This document shows, one piece after another, positions 39,799-48,660 of a stretch of DNA of 64,000 bases. A program made the translations under genes and the position numbers. How positions within the stretch are numbered: position 1 is the first letter of the stretch; each line of letters opens with the position of its first letter. This DNA is from an uncultured Gemmatimonadota bacterium (GTDB lineage Bacteria; SM23-81; DAOVCL01), in assembly GCA_964626665.1 (NCBI GenBank), contig CAZVGK010000003.1, positions 85,277-149,276 on the forward strand, given 5' to 3'. A model generated the notes under the pieces. That model made no database searches and was not told the DNA's origin. It saw only the letters and a list, made by a program, of their open reading frames with translations.

Positions 39799-40582
39799 TT
39801 ATTCCTAACTCTTCAATCATGTCAATAAATAAAGCAGAGGCGATCTCCTTCTTGAATTCGGCATCTCCTCTAAGATCAGAAAACGCCTTCACATCCTTCC
39901 TGAAAGCACTACTTATCTTATTCTCGTCTATCTCTCCACTTTCTATTGCACTTTCCAAGCCCTCTATCCTCTGCGGAACTTTCCAGAGCCCCCCAACTAC
40001 GGCGTGAACCTCTGAGAATCGAGTGAGAACACAAACAACCTGGGGGATGTCCACTTCGGTCCTGGAAAATCTCCGATAAAACCCCTTTCCCCCTTTGGGC
40101 ACAACTACCTCCACCAAAAGCATTCGCCTAAATCGAGTATCCTTCAGGAAGGAATCAATCCCCACCTTATGTGGCTCTCCATCAAAGAGAAGGAGATCGG
40201 CATCTGTTGCTAAGAGGATGGGGACAATATCGCTCCAGTATACCCGGGACATTAGGTTGCCCCCGATAGTGGAAAAGTTTCTCACTGCAGGTGAACCCAA
40301 CCTCCTTGCGGCTTTATTCAATATCCCCGAAAAGGAGCTGGTAATAACTTCTGATTCCGCAATCTCGGTTACTGTGGTCATTGCCCCAATACCGATAACT
40401 TGTTCATCGTCTTTAATGTAATTGAGCCCAAGGGCTTGGAGGTCGATCAAATTCTCCACTTCAATGCTCTTCCTCTGAGTAAACAGCGTCCCCCCAGCAA
40501 GGAATGCAGCCTTTCCCCTTTGGTAAATTTTGTAGGCTTCCTCAACCGATTTAGGCCTTATATATTCTCCAATCTGGCTCAT
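39785..40582 (-). CDS. FAD-binding subunit (CoxM/XdhB-like), system 1
   Basis: FAD_binding_5 motifs (LAGGTLF; IGAMTT; GSPAVRNFSTIGGNL) plus the CO_deh_flav_C domain. Confidence 0.85.
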   Translation of the reverse strand: MSQIGEYIRPKSVEEAYKIYQRGKAAFLAGGTLFTQRKSIEVENLIDLQALGLNYIKDDEQVIGIGAMTTVTEIAESEVITSSFSGILNKAARRLGSPAVRNFSTIGGNLMSRVYWSDIVPILLATDADLLLFDGEPHKVGIDSFLKDTRFRRMLLVEVVVPKGGKGFYRRFSRTEVDIPQVVCVLTRFSEVHAVVGGLWKVPQRIEGLESAIESGEIDENKISSAFRKDVKAFSDLRGDAEFKKEIASALFIDMIEELGIIHHG

Positions 40583-41316
40583 AGTTCCAGCAGCCCCTGC
40601 TTGAGTAGAGCCCCCACCATTCTCCGGCGATACTCAGATGTGGAACGTATATCCGAGATTGGCTTCGCTTCATCCTGGATGATTCTGCTGGCCTCATCGA
40701 TGAGCTCTGGGTCCAATGGCTTAGAATTTAAGAACCTTGCCGTCCGCTGGGCGTAGGTAACAGTAGGGGCCACGGCACCAAGGGCAATGGATACATCGGT
40801 CAACCTCCTCCGCTGAAATACACCCTTAAAGGCCACGGATACCTTGGAGATGACCATTGCTCTCCTCTGCCCCAATTTACTAAAAAACCAACGCTCATCT
40901 TTCTCCCTTTTCCTCAAGCTAACCTCAGTAAGTAGCTCATCTTTCTCCATCAGGCTCTCCCCTGGTCCTGAGAAAAAATGGGAGATGGAGATAGTCCGTT
41001 TTCCCCTTTGGCTCCTAAGAATAAGCGTGGCCCTATGGACAAAGAGGGGAGGAACCGTATCGCCTGCCGGTGAGGCATTTGCTATATTCCCCCCAATGGT
41101 TCCTAAATTTCTTATCTGAGGTGACCCCATCTTGCCCGCCGCATCAGAAAGCACGGGCGCATAGGCATTAATCACCTCTGATCTGAAAATTTCCTCCAGG
41201 GTGGTTAGTGCACCTATCCTCAATTCCTTTTGCCCCTCCTTGATGTAATCGAGGGGCAACCTCCTGATGTTGATAACAGCCTGAGGATGAAAGGTCCCTT
41301 CTTTCATCCTCACCAC
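40579..41316 (-). CDS. FAD-binding subunit (CoxM-like), system 2. The N-terminus is probably extended upstream with a non-ATG start.
   Basis: GSPQIRNLGTIGGNIANASP motif. Conserved N-terminal residues (LKIYSPETVEEATEILTRLKGKARILAGGTDLVV) are encoded in frame upstream of the first ATG/GTG, back to a TAA at ~41413. Confidence 0.8.
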   Translation of the reverse strand: MVRMKEGTFHPQAVINIRRLPLDYIKEGQKELRIGALTTLEEIFRSEVINAYAPVLSDAAGKMGSPQIRNLGTIGGNIANASPAGDTVPPLFVHRATLILRSQRGKRTISISHFFSGPGESLMEKDELLTEVSLRKREKDERWFFSKLGQRRAMVISKVSVAFKGVFQRRRLTDVSIALGAVAPTVTYAQRTARFLNSKPLDPELIDEASRIIQDEAKPISDIRSTSEYRRRMVGALLKQGLLEL

Positions 41317-41497
41317 GAGATCTGTCCCGCCCGCCAGTATACGGGCTTTCCCCTTCAGCCTAGTGAGGATCTCCGTAGCTTCCTCTACTGTTTCAGGTGA
41401 GTATATCTTCAGAACTTAGCTCCCTTTGGTTGCAAAGCCCGCAGGCCATAAGGTTGAACAGGTGTCAGGAGGTAACTCCTGACACCACGAAAAATAG

Positions 41498-41590
41498 AAT
41501 CTGTCTCAATCTGCGTTCACCCCGTTAAATAATTAAAAATAAACACCATCACACTCTCAAAATGGTTTTTATTTAACAGGGTTAATCTGC
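41498..41590. mobile_element. MITE-like element with TIR ctgcgttcaccccgttaaataa
   Basis: Left end tctgcgttcaccccgttaaataatt, right end tttatttaacagggttaatctgcgtccc. A second, larger copy lies at 10565-10700. The right arm encodes the XdhC C-terminus (GTQINPVK-stop). Confidence 0.55.
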
Positions 41591-42357
41591 GTCCCATTCT
41601 TTGAATTCCTGACGGAGATTATCTCAGCCATAATGCTCACGGCGATCTCTCCTGGAGTCTTGGAACCAATCTTCAGGCCAATCGGTGCATGAACTCCCCT
41701 TAATAACTTCTCAGAGACGCCTTTATCCCGCAATCTGGTAAGGATAGCCTCTGTCTTTTCTTTACTGGCTACCATTCCAATGTAGGCATAATCTTTTTCA
41801 ATACACCCCCTAAGCACAGTCTCATCTGTCCGATGGGCGCGAGTTGCCACCACAATATAAGAATTATCGTCTAAATGGAGATCGGGGATTATCTTTTTGT
41901 AATCACCAAAAATGAGCTGTTTTGCCTCAGGCAACCTCTCCTTTTTGACAAATTCCTCCCGATCATCTACTACGGTTACCTCAAATCCGGCGTAAGGGGC
42001 TATCTGGGAGAGAGCCTGGCCAATATGACCTGCCCCAAAGATGAAGAGGCGTGGATCGGTTAAAACTGGTTCAATAAATATTTTGACTCCTCCACCACAA
42101 AGCAGACCATTGGTTTCTTTCAGCTCATATGCCAGGAGTTGGGGAACCTTTGTCCTAATCGCCTCTATCCCCTTCTTAATTACGGCAAATTCTACCCGAC
42201 CGCCCCCGACTGTTCCAATTGTGTTGCCGTCCTCCTTTATTATCATTTTTGCCCCAGATTTTCCCGGGCTGGAACCTGAAGATTCCACCACTGTGGCCAA
42301 GGCAAGGGCCTTCCCCTGGTTAAGGAGATTCACTATTTCCTTATATATCTTCCCCAT
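41569..42357 (-). CDS. xdhC: XdhC/CoxI-family molybdenum-cofactor insertion/accessory protein
   Basis: XdhC_CoxI N-domain plus Rossmann-like XdhC_C (LFIFGAGHIGQAL). Confidence 0.8.
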   Translation of the reverse strand: MGKIYKEIVNLLNQGKALALATVVESSGSSPGKSGAKMIIKEDGNTIGTVGGGRVEFAVIKKGIEAIRTKVPQLLAYELKETNGLLCGGGVKIFIEPVLTDPRLFIFGAGHIGQALSQIAPYAGFEVTVVDDREEFVKKERLPEAKQLIFGDYKKIIPDLHLDDNSYIVVATRAHRTDETVLRGCIEKDYAYIGMVASKEKTEAILTRLRDKGVSEKLLRGVHAPIGLKIGSKTPGEIAVSIMAEIISVRNSKNGTQINPVK

Positions 42358-42519
42358 CAGTATTTATATCTCACCACGAAGCCACCGAATAGCATCTTAC
42401 AATGGTCAATTAGCAATTAGCAAGTTAAAATGAACTAAAGATGGGAAATGCAGTAGTATCCATTGATAATTGTTAATTAATCATTAACCATTTCTTTGTC
42501 AATTAGTGGCTATCCGTGG

Positions 42520-42996
42520 CTAATTATCCCCTATATTTAACCTCTTTGCCGCCTTCCCTATCGCTTTTATGATCTTGCTGTATCCTGTGCACCTGCAGAG
42601 ATTTCCTGATATTGCCTCCTTTATCTCCCCTTCGCTCGGATCTTGGTTTTTCATCAGCAACGCCTTTGCTGAAAGTATCATCCCAGGCGTGCAGAACCCG
42701 CATTGGACTGCTCCCTCTTCGATGAATGCCTGCTGAATTGGGTCGAGCCTGTCATCTTTGGAGAGCCCTTCAATCGTCGTTATCTCACAGCCATCAAGCT
42801 GGCAGGCAAGCACGAGACAGGAAACAACCGGTTTACCATCCATAATAACCGTGCAAGCTCCACATTCCCCCTTCCCACATCCCTCCTTCGTCCCCTTCAG
42901 TCCCAGGTCTTCTCGCAGGATCGATAGCAAGGTTCTGGTAGATTCAGTAACTATCTCCCTCTCCTGCGAATTTACTTTGAACTTTATCTTAATCAT
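42520..42996 (-). CDS. [2Fe-2S]-binding small subunit, system 2
   Basis: CGKGECGACTV and CGFCTPG...CRCTGY motifs. The likely start is the internal MIKIKFKVN. Confidence 0.9.
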   Translation of the reverse strand: MIKIKFKVNSQEREIVTESTRTLLSILREDLGLKGTKEGCGKGECGACTVIMDGKPVVSCLVLACQLDGCEITTIEGLSKDDRLDPIQQAFIEEGAVQCGFCTPGMILSAKALLMKNQDPSEGEIKEAISGNLCRCTGYSKIIKAIGKAAKRLNIGDN

Positions 42997-43012
42997 TTTT
43001 GATAACAACCAA

Positions 43013-43233
43013 CCACGGAACCTCACGGAACTACACGGATGTTTTTATCAACGAATTCATTACTCATTTTTAATCTTTTTCCGTGCTACTCCGTGGTCAT
43101 CCCTGGTGAATCTACCACGGAATCTCACGGAGAAAAGCAATTATGAATTGAGAATTAAGAACGAAATTTATGCTGTTATTCCTGATTTCTGTAGACTGAT
43201 CCTTGATTTTGTTTTTCTGTGCTAGTCCGTGGT
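43013..43233. repeat. cacgg-rich composite repeat, copy d
   Basis: Same family as 25648-25865. It overlaps the 3' end of the large-subunit gene and encodes its last ~20 aa (ISPRTSTEKQNQGSVYRNQE-stop). Confidence 0.65.
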
Positions 43234-45488
43234 GAAATATTATCATTTTTGTTTAACTCAGCTATAATCTTTTCTGGGGTTGCCGGAAGGTCTCTTATCC
43301 TGATGCCGGTGGCATCAAATATCGCATTAGTAATTGCCGGGGCTACTCCAATTAGGGGCTGTTCCCCCAACCCCTTCGCCCCAAATGGCCCTTCAGGATA
43401 AGGGTCCTCAACAAAAACCGAGACTATCTCCGGTGTGTCCTTCGCGGTAGGAAGTATGTAAGTGGAGAAATTAGTATTCAAAATCTTGCCTCCCCTGGAG
43501 ATCATATCCTCAAAGAGGGCATATCCAACCGCCTGTAGTATTCCACCCTCCACCTGCCCAGTTGCGGTTTGCGGGTTAATCACCCTCCCCACATCGTGGA
43601 CGGCAATGATCTTTTTGACCGTTACCTCACCGGTAAACATATTCACCTCAACCTCCGCTATGTTTGTCCCTGTGGAGTAAACGAAATATGGTTTCCCCTG
43701 ACCGGTGGCTTTGTTCCAGGAGGTGGGCGGAGCCTTATACCACCCCTGAGAGGACATCACCATCTTTTCCTTAAAACATTCCCTGATCACATCATTTATA
43801 TCTATCCTCTTGGCTCTACACAAGGCATATCCATCTTTCAATTTAACCTTCGCCCGCGGAGACTTTAACATTTTAGCCGCCACCTCCCCGATGCTTTTCT
43901 TTATCGGCCTTGAGGCTTCTATCAGGGCATTTCCCGACATCACGGTGGCCCGAGAGGCCACCGTGGGGCCACTATCCGGCACCCTTGTTGTATCCGTAGG
44001 AATCATCGATACCCTCTCATATTCAATCCCCAATTCATTGGCCAAAATCTGAGAAAGCACGGTCTCCATACCCTGGCCCATTTCGGTGGTGCCCACCGCA
44101 AAGTTCACAGAACCATCAGAGAGAACACTCACCCACGCCCCTGCTTTGGCCAGGTGTTTCCCCCCAGCCCCTAAGCCCACCCCATAATAGTTACAGGCTA
44201 CTCCCAAACCCCTTCTTTCATATCCATTTGAACTTTTTTTCTTCCCCTTCCATCCAATGCGGGCTGCTTCTCTCAAAGTTTTTTCCAACTCTATGCTTTC
44301 CTTGATAAGGTGTCCTGTAACCGTCCTATCGCCCTTTTTCAATATGTTTCTTAACCTAAATTCAATGAGGTCAATGTGCAATTTGTGGGCAAGTTCATCC
44401 ATCTGAGATTCAATGGCGAAGGTTACCTGAGGCGTACCAAACCCCCTAAATGCCCCACAGGGAACGGTATTGGTGGTTAGCGCATAGGAATCCACCTTCA
44501 CATTAAGGCATTTGTATGGCCCTACCGCATGGACTGTTCCCCGCCAGAGGACAACTGGGCTTAAGGTGCTATAAGCGCCAGAGTTGAGGACATATTTTAC
44601 CTCAACAGCGTTGAGATAACCATCTTTAGTAACCCCGGATTTGTAATCAATTACTGCGGGATGACGCTTACTCATAGACTCTATGTCCTCTTCTCGGGAA
44701 TAGATAAGCTTGGCCGGTCTTTTGGTCCAGAAAGCAACCAAAGCGGCCTGAGAGGCCACCAGGGAAGGAACATCCTCTTTGCCTCCAAATGCCCCACCAG
44801 TGGTGGTCTGGATTACCTCTACCTTGCTGAAAGGAACTCCCAGGATATGGGAGACAGCATTTTGCACATAAAAAGGACACTGCATAGAGCCATAAATCAG
44901 CATTCGATCCTCATAGGGAACAGCAATCATTCCCTGGGGCTCTATGTAGGCATGTTCCTGGTAGGAGGTTGTATACCTGTGTGTGACAACGAGGTCGCAC
45001 TCCGCAAATCCCCTTTGAACATCTCCCCTTCTTATCCTGTGATGGGAGAATATATTATCTTTACCATAAATTTTCGGCGATTCCTTTTTCATCGCTATTA
45101 AGGGATCAAGAAGGGGCTCAAGCTCCTCATATTCAACCCTTACCTTCTGGGAGGCCTCCTCAATTGCCTCCCTATCCTCCCCCGCTATCAGGGCAATCGG
45201 TTCACCTATATACCTCACCTCTTTTTCGGCGAGCAGTGGTTGATCCATAAGAACTATGGGCACTACATTGGCTCCCGGAATAGATTCAGAGGTAAGGACA
45301 GCCACTATCCCCTTAACGGTTTTCGCCTCTGAGGGGTCGATGCTTTTGATCAAGCCATAAGGTAAAGGACTACGCACCACCTTAACCCAAAGCATATTTG
45401 GAAAGGAGAGGTCATCGATGAATATTGCCTTGCCGGTGACCTTTAACCTCACATCTTTCCTTATCTCACTTTTCCCAATAAAGCTCAT
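43176..45488 (-). CDS. Molybdopterin-dependent hydroxylase large subunit, system 2
   Basis: 770-aa class Ald_Xan_dh product. The ATG start is at MSFIGKSE; the ORF-caller TTG extension runs into the flanking inverted repeat. Confidence 0.85.
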   Translation of the reverse strand: MSFIGKSEIRKDVRLKVTGKAIFIDDLSFPNMLWVKVVRSPLPYGLIKSIDPSEAKTVKGIVAVLTSESIPGANVVPIVLMDQPLLAEKEVRYIGEPIALIAGEDREAIEEASQKVRVEYEELEPLLDPLIAMKKESPKIYGKDNIFSHHRIRRGDVQRGFAECDLVVTHRYTTSYQEHAYIEPQGMIAVPYEDRMLIYGSMQCPFYVQNAVSHILGVPFSKVEVIQTTTGGAFGGKEDVPSLVASQAALVAFWTKRPAKLIYSREEDIESMSKRHPAVIDYKSGVTKDGYLNAVEVKYVLNSGAYSTLSPVVLWRGTVHAVGPYKCLNVKVDSYALTTNTVPCGAFRGFGTPQVTFAIESQMDELAHKLHIDLIEFRLRNILKKGDRTVTGHLIKESIELEKTLREAARIGWKGKKKSSNGYERRGLGVACNYYGVGLGAGGKHLAKAGAWVSVLSDGSVNFAVGTTEMGQGMETVLSQILANELGIEYERVSMIPTDTTRVPDSGPTVASRATVMSGNALIEASRPIKKSIGEVAAKMLKSPRAKVKLKDGYALCRAKRIDINDVIRECFKEKMVMSSQGWYKAPPTSWNKATGQGKPYFVYSTGTNIAEVEVNMFTGEVTVKKIIAVHDVGRVINPQTATGQVEGGILQAVGYALFEDMISRGGKILNTNFSTYILPTAKDTPEIVSVFVEDPYPEGPFGAKGLGEQPLIGVAPAITNAIFDATGIRIRDLPATPEKIIAELNKNDNISPRTSTEKQNQGSVYRNQE

Positions 45489-45517
45489 CTTATGGGGAAG
45501 TCTCCTATTTTTAAGAA

Positions 45518-45955
45518 ACCACAAGATTACACAAGATTTTCACGAGATTATCCTTCTTTCCTCCAATTTTTCTTTGCCAAAATTGAAAAGTAATCCAATT
45601 CTATATTTTGTAGCCTTCAAATAATGCATCAACTGCGCCTCATCCACCTTTGTTAAACCAGAGGTAGCTTTAATCTCAACAATAACCTTCCCATCCACTA
45701 CCAAATCAGCTCTATACTTTTTAGGAATTAAGTGGTCTTTATAATAGATATCGATCTCAACTTGTTTCTGGAAAGGAATTCTTTGCAGCCTTAATTCATA
45801 GCATAGAGCTTCTTCATAGACATATTCCAGGAAACCGTTTCCTAATTCATTATGGACTTCCATCGCCGCACCAATGATTCTGTAAGTCAGATCTTTATAT
45901 AACCATTTGTCATCATCTGTGCTCATCTTGTGTTAATCTTGTGGTTACGAAAGCC
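45518..45955. mobile_element. Inverted-repeat-flanked mini-cassette carrying a GxxExxY (PDDEXK_3) gene
   Basis: Left IR aaccacaagattacacaagatttt (45518-45541). Right IR, as reverse complement, aaccacaagattaacacaagatga (45926-45950). About 22/24 bp identity. Confidence 0.6.
45540..45926 (-). CDS. GxxExxY family protein (PD-(D/E)xK-like, PDDEXK_3)
   Basis: IGAAMEVHNELGNGFLEYVYEEAL...ADLVVDGKVIVEIKA matches the GxxExxY family signature. Confidence 0.75.
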   Translation of the reverse strand: MSTDDDKWLYKDLTYRIIGAAMEVHNELGNGFLEYVYEEALCYELRLQRIPFQKQVEIDIYYKDHLIPKKYRADLVVDGKVIVEIKATSGLTKVDEAQLMHYLKATKYRIGLLFNFGKEKLEERRIIS

Positions 45956-46528
45956 TTTTATACACCTTTCATAATCCTCTTTTGTGTTGATATTAAGGAC
46001 AACGTTCTTATCTCCCACGGGAAGCTCGACGACACTATCTCTATTCTCCTTAATCACGAATCGAGCTCCAATGTCCTCCGGGGCATTCATCAACTCCTTT
46101 ATATATTTGGAGTTAAAGCCAACTGGATGTCCCCTTTTGCCTTTGTATTTCGGAAGAACTATCGGGGACCCCTTTTTAAGGAGGTCAACAATTGCCTGGT
46201 AAGTAGTCACTGAAACCAGAGGATGATCCACAAGGACCATCAGAAAAGCATCTATGTCTGAGGAGAGAAGGTTCAATCCAACCTTCAGGGAGAAGAGCTG
46301 TCCCCTTTCATAATTATCGTTTACTAGAGACTTTACATCTGCGGGAAGATGCGACTTAATCTCTCTTGCCTTATGGCCTAAAACGACGACGATCTCCCTT
46401 AACCCTGCCCTTTTTAAGCTTTCTATAATAGTATTTAGAAAGGTGGACCCTCCGAGGGGCAAAAGGGATTTTGGAATGCCCATTCTCTCCGATTTACCTG
46501 CTGCTAAAATTATCGCCGCGATCTTCAT
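45923..46528 (-). CDS. mocA: Molybdenum cofactor cytidylyltransferase (MocA/MobA-like NTP_transf_3)
   Basis: MKIAAIILAAGKSERMG...K.LLPLGG nucleotidyltransferase motif. The C-terminal RNHKINTR-stop is encoded by the cassette IR. Confidence 0.7.
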   Translation of the reverse strand: MKIAAIILAAGKSERMGIPKSLLPLGGSTFLNTIIESLKRAGLREIVVVLGHKAREIKSHLPADVKSLVNDNYERGQLFSLKVGLNLLSSDIDAFLMVLVDHPLVSVTTYQAIVDLLKKGSPIVLPKYKGKRGHPVGFNSKYIKELMNAPEDIGARFVIKENRDSVVELPVGDKNVVLNINTKEDYERCIKGFRNHKINTR

Positions 46529-46538
46529 TACAAAGGAT

Positions 46539-47279
46539 TTATAGCCTTATATTGATCTTTCGTCCCCATTTCCTAATTCCCTGGGTATTGGCACCAAGTG
46601 AAACTGTCTGAAGTAAATTTTCTGAGTCAACCACCTCCATACCCGAAAGCAAAGTTATCCCATGATCCTTCAATACCTCCGGAATCATAGGTGTTGTTGG
46701 TCCTATTATTGCCACGGTTCTGGCATTAGCACAGAGGGGAAGTAACCTATCAATTGTTTTATTTGTGAAGGATGTTCCGCTGATAACTATCACTTCACAT
46801 TTGGGGAGAAGCAGAGGCTCAGCCCAGTCCGGCCTATACCCCCTTAGTCCATCGATGGGGTAACGTTCAAATACATATAGCTCTTTGGATAGTTTACGCA
46901 ATTCTGGGATAAGTGGTAAAAAGGAACCTACCATACAAACTGTATCCCCACTGGTAACATCGAAAAATTGCAAGGCGTTGCCCTCAAAGAGGAGATCACT
47001 ATCCACTTCGGAGAGTGCATTCACCGTGGCCATTCCTATTGCAGCCATAAGAAAATTGTCTGAAGTTGATAACTCCAAACATTTAATAGACTTACCGTAT
47101 AACATCTGAGGTTTTAGGTGAGGAAGGGGATGGGCAAGCTCTCTGACCAATGTGGAGGCGAGGCCACATCTTCCACTATCTAATTTCACCGCCGTCAAAC
47201 ACAGTCCTACTCTTATATCGACGATTTCGTGTTCTTTTGCCCTGTCCTGCAGGGAGTCGATTATGTCACCTACAAGCAT
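46539..47279 (-). CDS. DUF364/DUF4213-like Rossmann-fold protein (putative cofactor/metal-handling accessory)
   Basis: Architecture and the GPTTPMIP motif are consistent with the DUF364 family. Lies in an operon with mocA. Confidence 0.45.
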   Translation of the reverse strand: MLVGDIIDSLQDRAKEHEIVDIRVGLCLTAVKLDSGRCGLASTLVRELAHPLPHLKPQMLYGKSIKCLELSTSDNFLMAAIGMATVNALSEVDSDLLFEGNALQFFDVTSGDTVCMVGSFLPLIPELRKLSKELYVFERYPIDGLRGYRPDWAEPLLLPKCEVIVISGTSFTNKTIDRLLPLCANARTVAIIGPTTPMIPEVLKDHGITLLSGMEVVDSENLLQTVSLGANTQGIRKWGRKINIRL

Positions 47280-47304
47280 GTTGATAGATTATCAGAAGAC
47301 CAGA

Positions 47305-48175
47305 GAATCAGAACGAGATTATCAGATTCTCTTGGCACCTTTCCGGTTACTTTGGTCCCTCTTTTCTGCGATTCTCGCTATCAAACCGTTTAACCCGCGG
47401 ATTATCTCCTCATACTCATCAATCATTGCCTGAGCCTGAAAATCAGATAAATAATGCTTATCTTCCATTTCCCTCAAATGATTTTGTGTTTCTCCAGATT
47501 CCTTTCTTGCTGTATAAAACCCTTTTATTTTATTGTTGTAATAGTAACTTGAATTACCTTCGGCAATATTATCCGCCACAGACTTTGACGAGCGTTCAAT
47601 TTGACCGCGGAGTACATATTTTTCATTCGGGGGTAGTGTCTTACAAATCTCATGAATTTCTAGCATTAGCTTATGTGCCTTTTGCCATACCCATAACTTT
47701 TCATGTCTGGGAGTTATCCCCCTCTTCTTATCATAATTTTGGGTGGCGTAGTCAAAATTGTTGCTAAGCAGATCTTTGAAATCCAGAATCTTTAAGTAAA
47801 TCAACGCCTTCTGTAGTATAGTCGTTCAAATAAGGTCTTATCACTTACCACAGGAGGTCAGAATGAATAAATCCAGGGAACGGTTGCAGTACTCAAGTTG
47901 CTATGGACTCCATAATAGACCTTATGATTCCTTCCATGATACCTGTCAGGCAACTCTAAAGTAGTATAGATTTAAGACGTTTACAGCCTCTCTTAAAAGG
48001 AACAGACACAAGATCGATAAAAACCACTTTAGTTAGCTAAGGCGGACACCCAAAATATCAACTGGATCGGATTCAGTCAGAAGCCTCATTAGCAACAATT
48101 TTGACTACGCCACCAATTTTGTGCCATAATTTTTCTGTTATTCTGATGCTCTCGTTCTGCTATTCTGTAATCTGA
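47305..48175. mobile_element. Inverted-repeat-flanked cassette carrying a four-helix-bundle (23S rRNA IVS-type) gene
   Basis: Left IR gaatcagaacgagattatcagattc (47305-47330). Right IR, as reverse complement, gaatatcagattacagaatagcagaacgagagcatcagaa (48138-48177). Confidence 0.5.
47322..47804 (-). CDS. Four-helix-bundle protein (TIGR02436, 23S rRNA intervening-sequence protein family)
   Basis: WQKAHKLMLEIHEICKTLPPNEKYVLRGQIERSSKSVADNIAEG is the family signature. Confidence 0.75.
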   Translation of the reverse strand: MIYLKILDFKDLLSNNFDYATQNYDKKRGITPRHEKLWVWQKAHKLMLEIHEICKTLPPNEKYVLRGQIERSSKSVADNIAEGNSSYYYNNKIKGFYTARKESGETQNHLREMEDKHYLSDFQAQAMIDEYEEIIRGLNGLIARIAEKRDQSNRKGAKRI

Positions 48176-48647
48176 TATTCTTCTCTATGAGCTCTGGGAT
48201 AAACTCCCTGTTATCCTCAGTAACTTCCATAATAACCACTTCGTGCAGCGATCTAATCCTATCCAAGAATGGATTAGACTCCTTCTTCAGCACTCCCAAC
48301 ACGCTGCGGTCACTGTTGATTGCAGAGAAAACCGCCTTTTGAAATTCCTTACAGTCAAGTTCGAACCTCCCCAGCTCATCCATTATAATGATGTCCCTCT
48401 TAACAAGCGCCATCTCTATAGCAGATTTCCCCAACCCTTCAAAGCCCTCCTTGATAATTTCCCAGTTTAACCCATTTCTTCTCGCTACAACTTCAGTTCT
48501 ATCGGATATTAAATCTCGGAGCAAAACCAAATTAGACTCTATTTTAGTCTGAAACCCTCCATAGGAGAGGTCAATGCTCTGCAGGAATTCCCTGATGGCT
48601 GTGCTCTTCCCTATACCAATCTTACCAGTGAGGAAAATATTCATCCC
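48138..48647 (-). CDS. THEP1/NTPase_1-like P-loop nucleoside triphosphatase
   Basis: MNIFLTGKIGIGKST Walker A and IIIMDELGRFEL Walker B. The last 9 aa (QNSRTRASE) are encoded by the cassette right IR. Confidence 0.6.
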   Translation of the reverse strand, partial: GMNIFLTGKIGIGKSTAIREFLQSIDLSYGGFQTKIESNLVLLRDLISDRTEVVARRNGLNWEIIKEGFEGLGKSAIEMALVKRDIIIMDELGRFELDCKEFQKAVFSAINSDRSVLGVLKKESNPFLDRIRSLHEVVIMEVTEDNREFIPELIEKNIRLQNSRTRASE

Positions 48648-48660
48648 CCAAACACCACTA

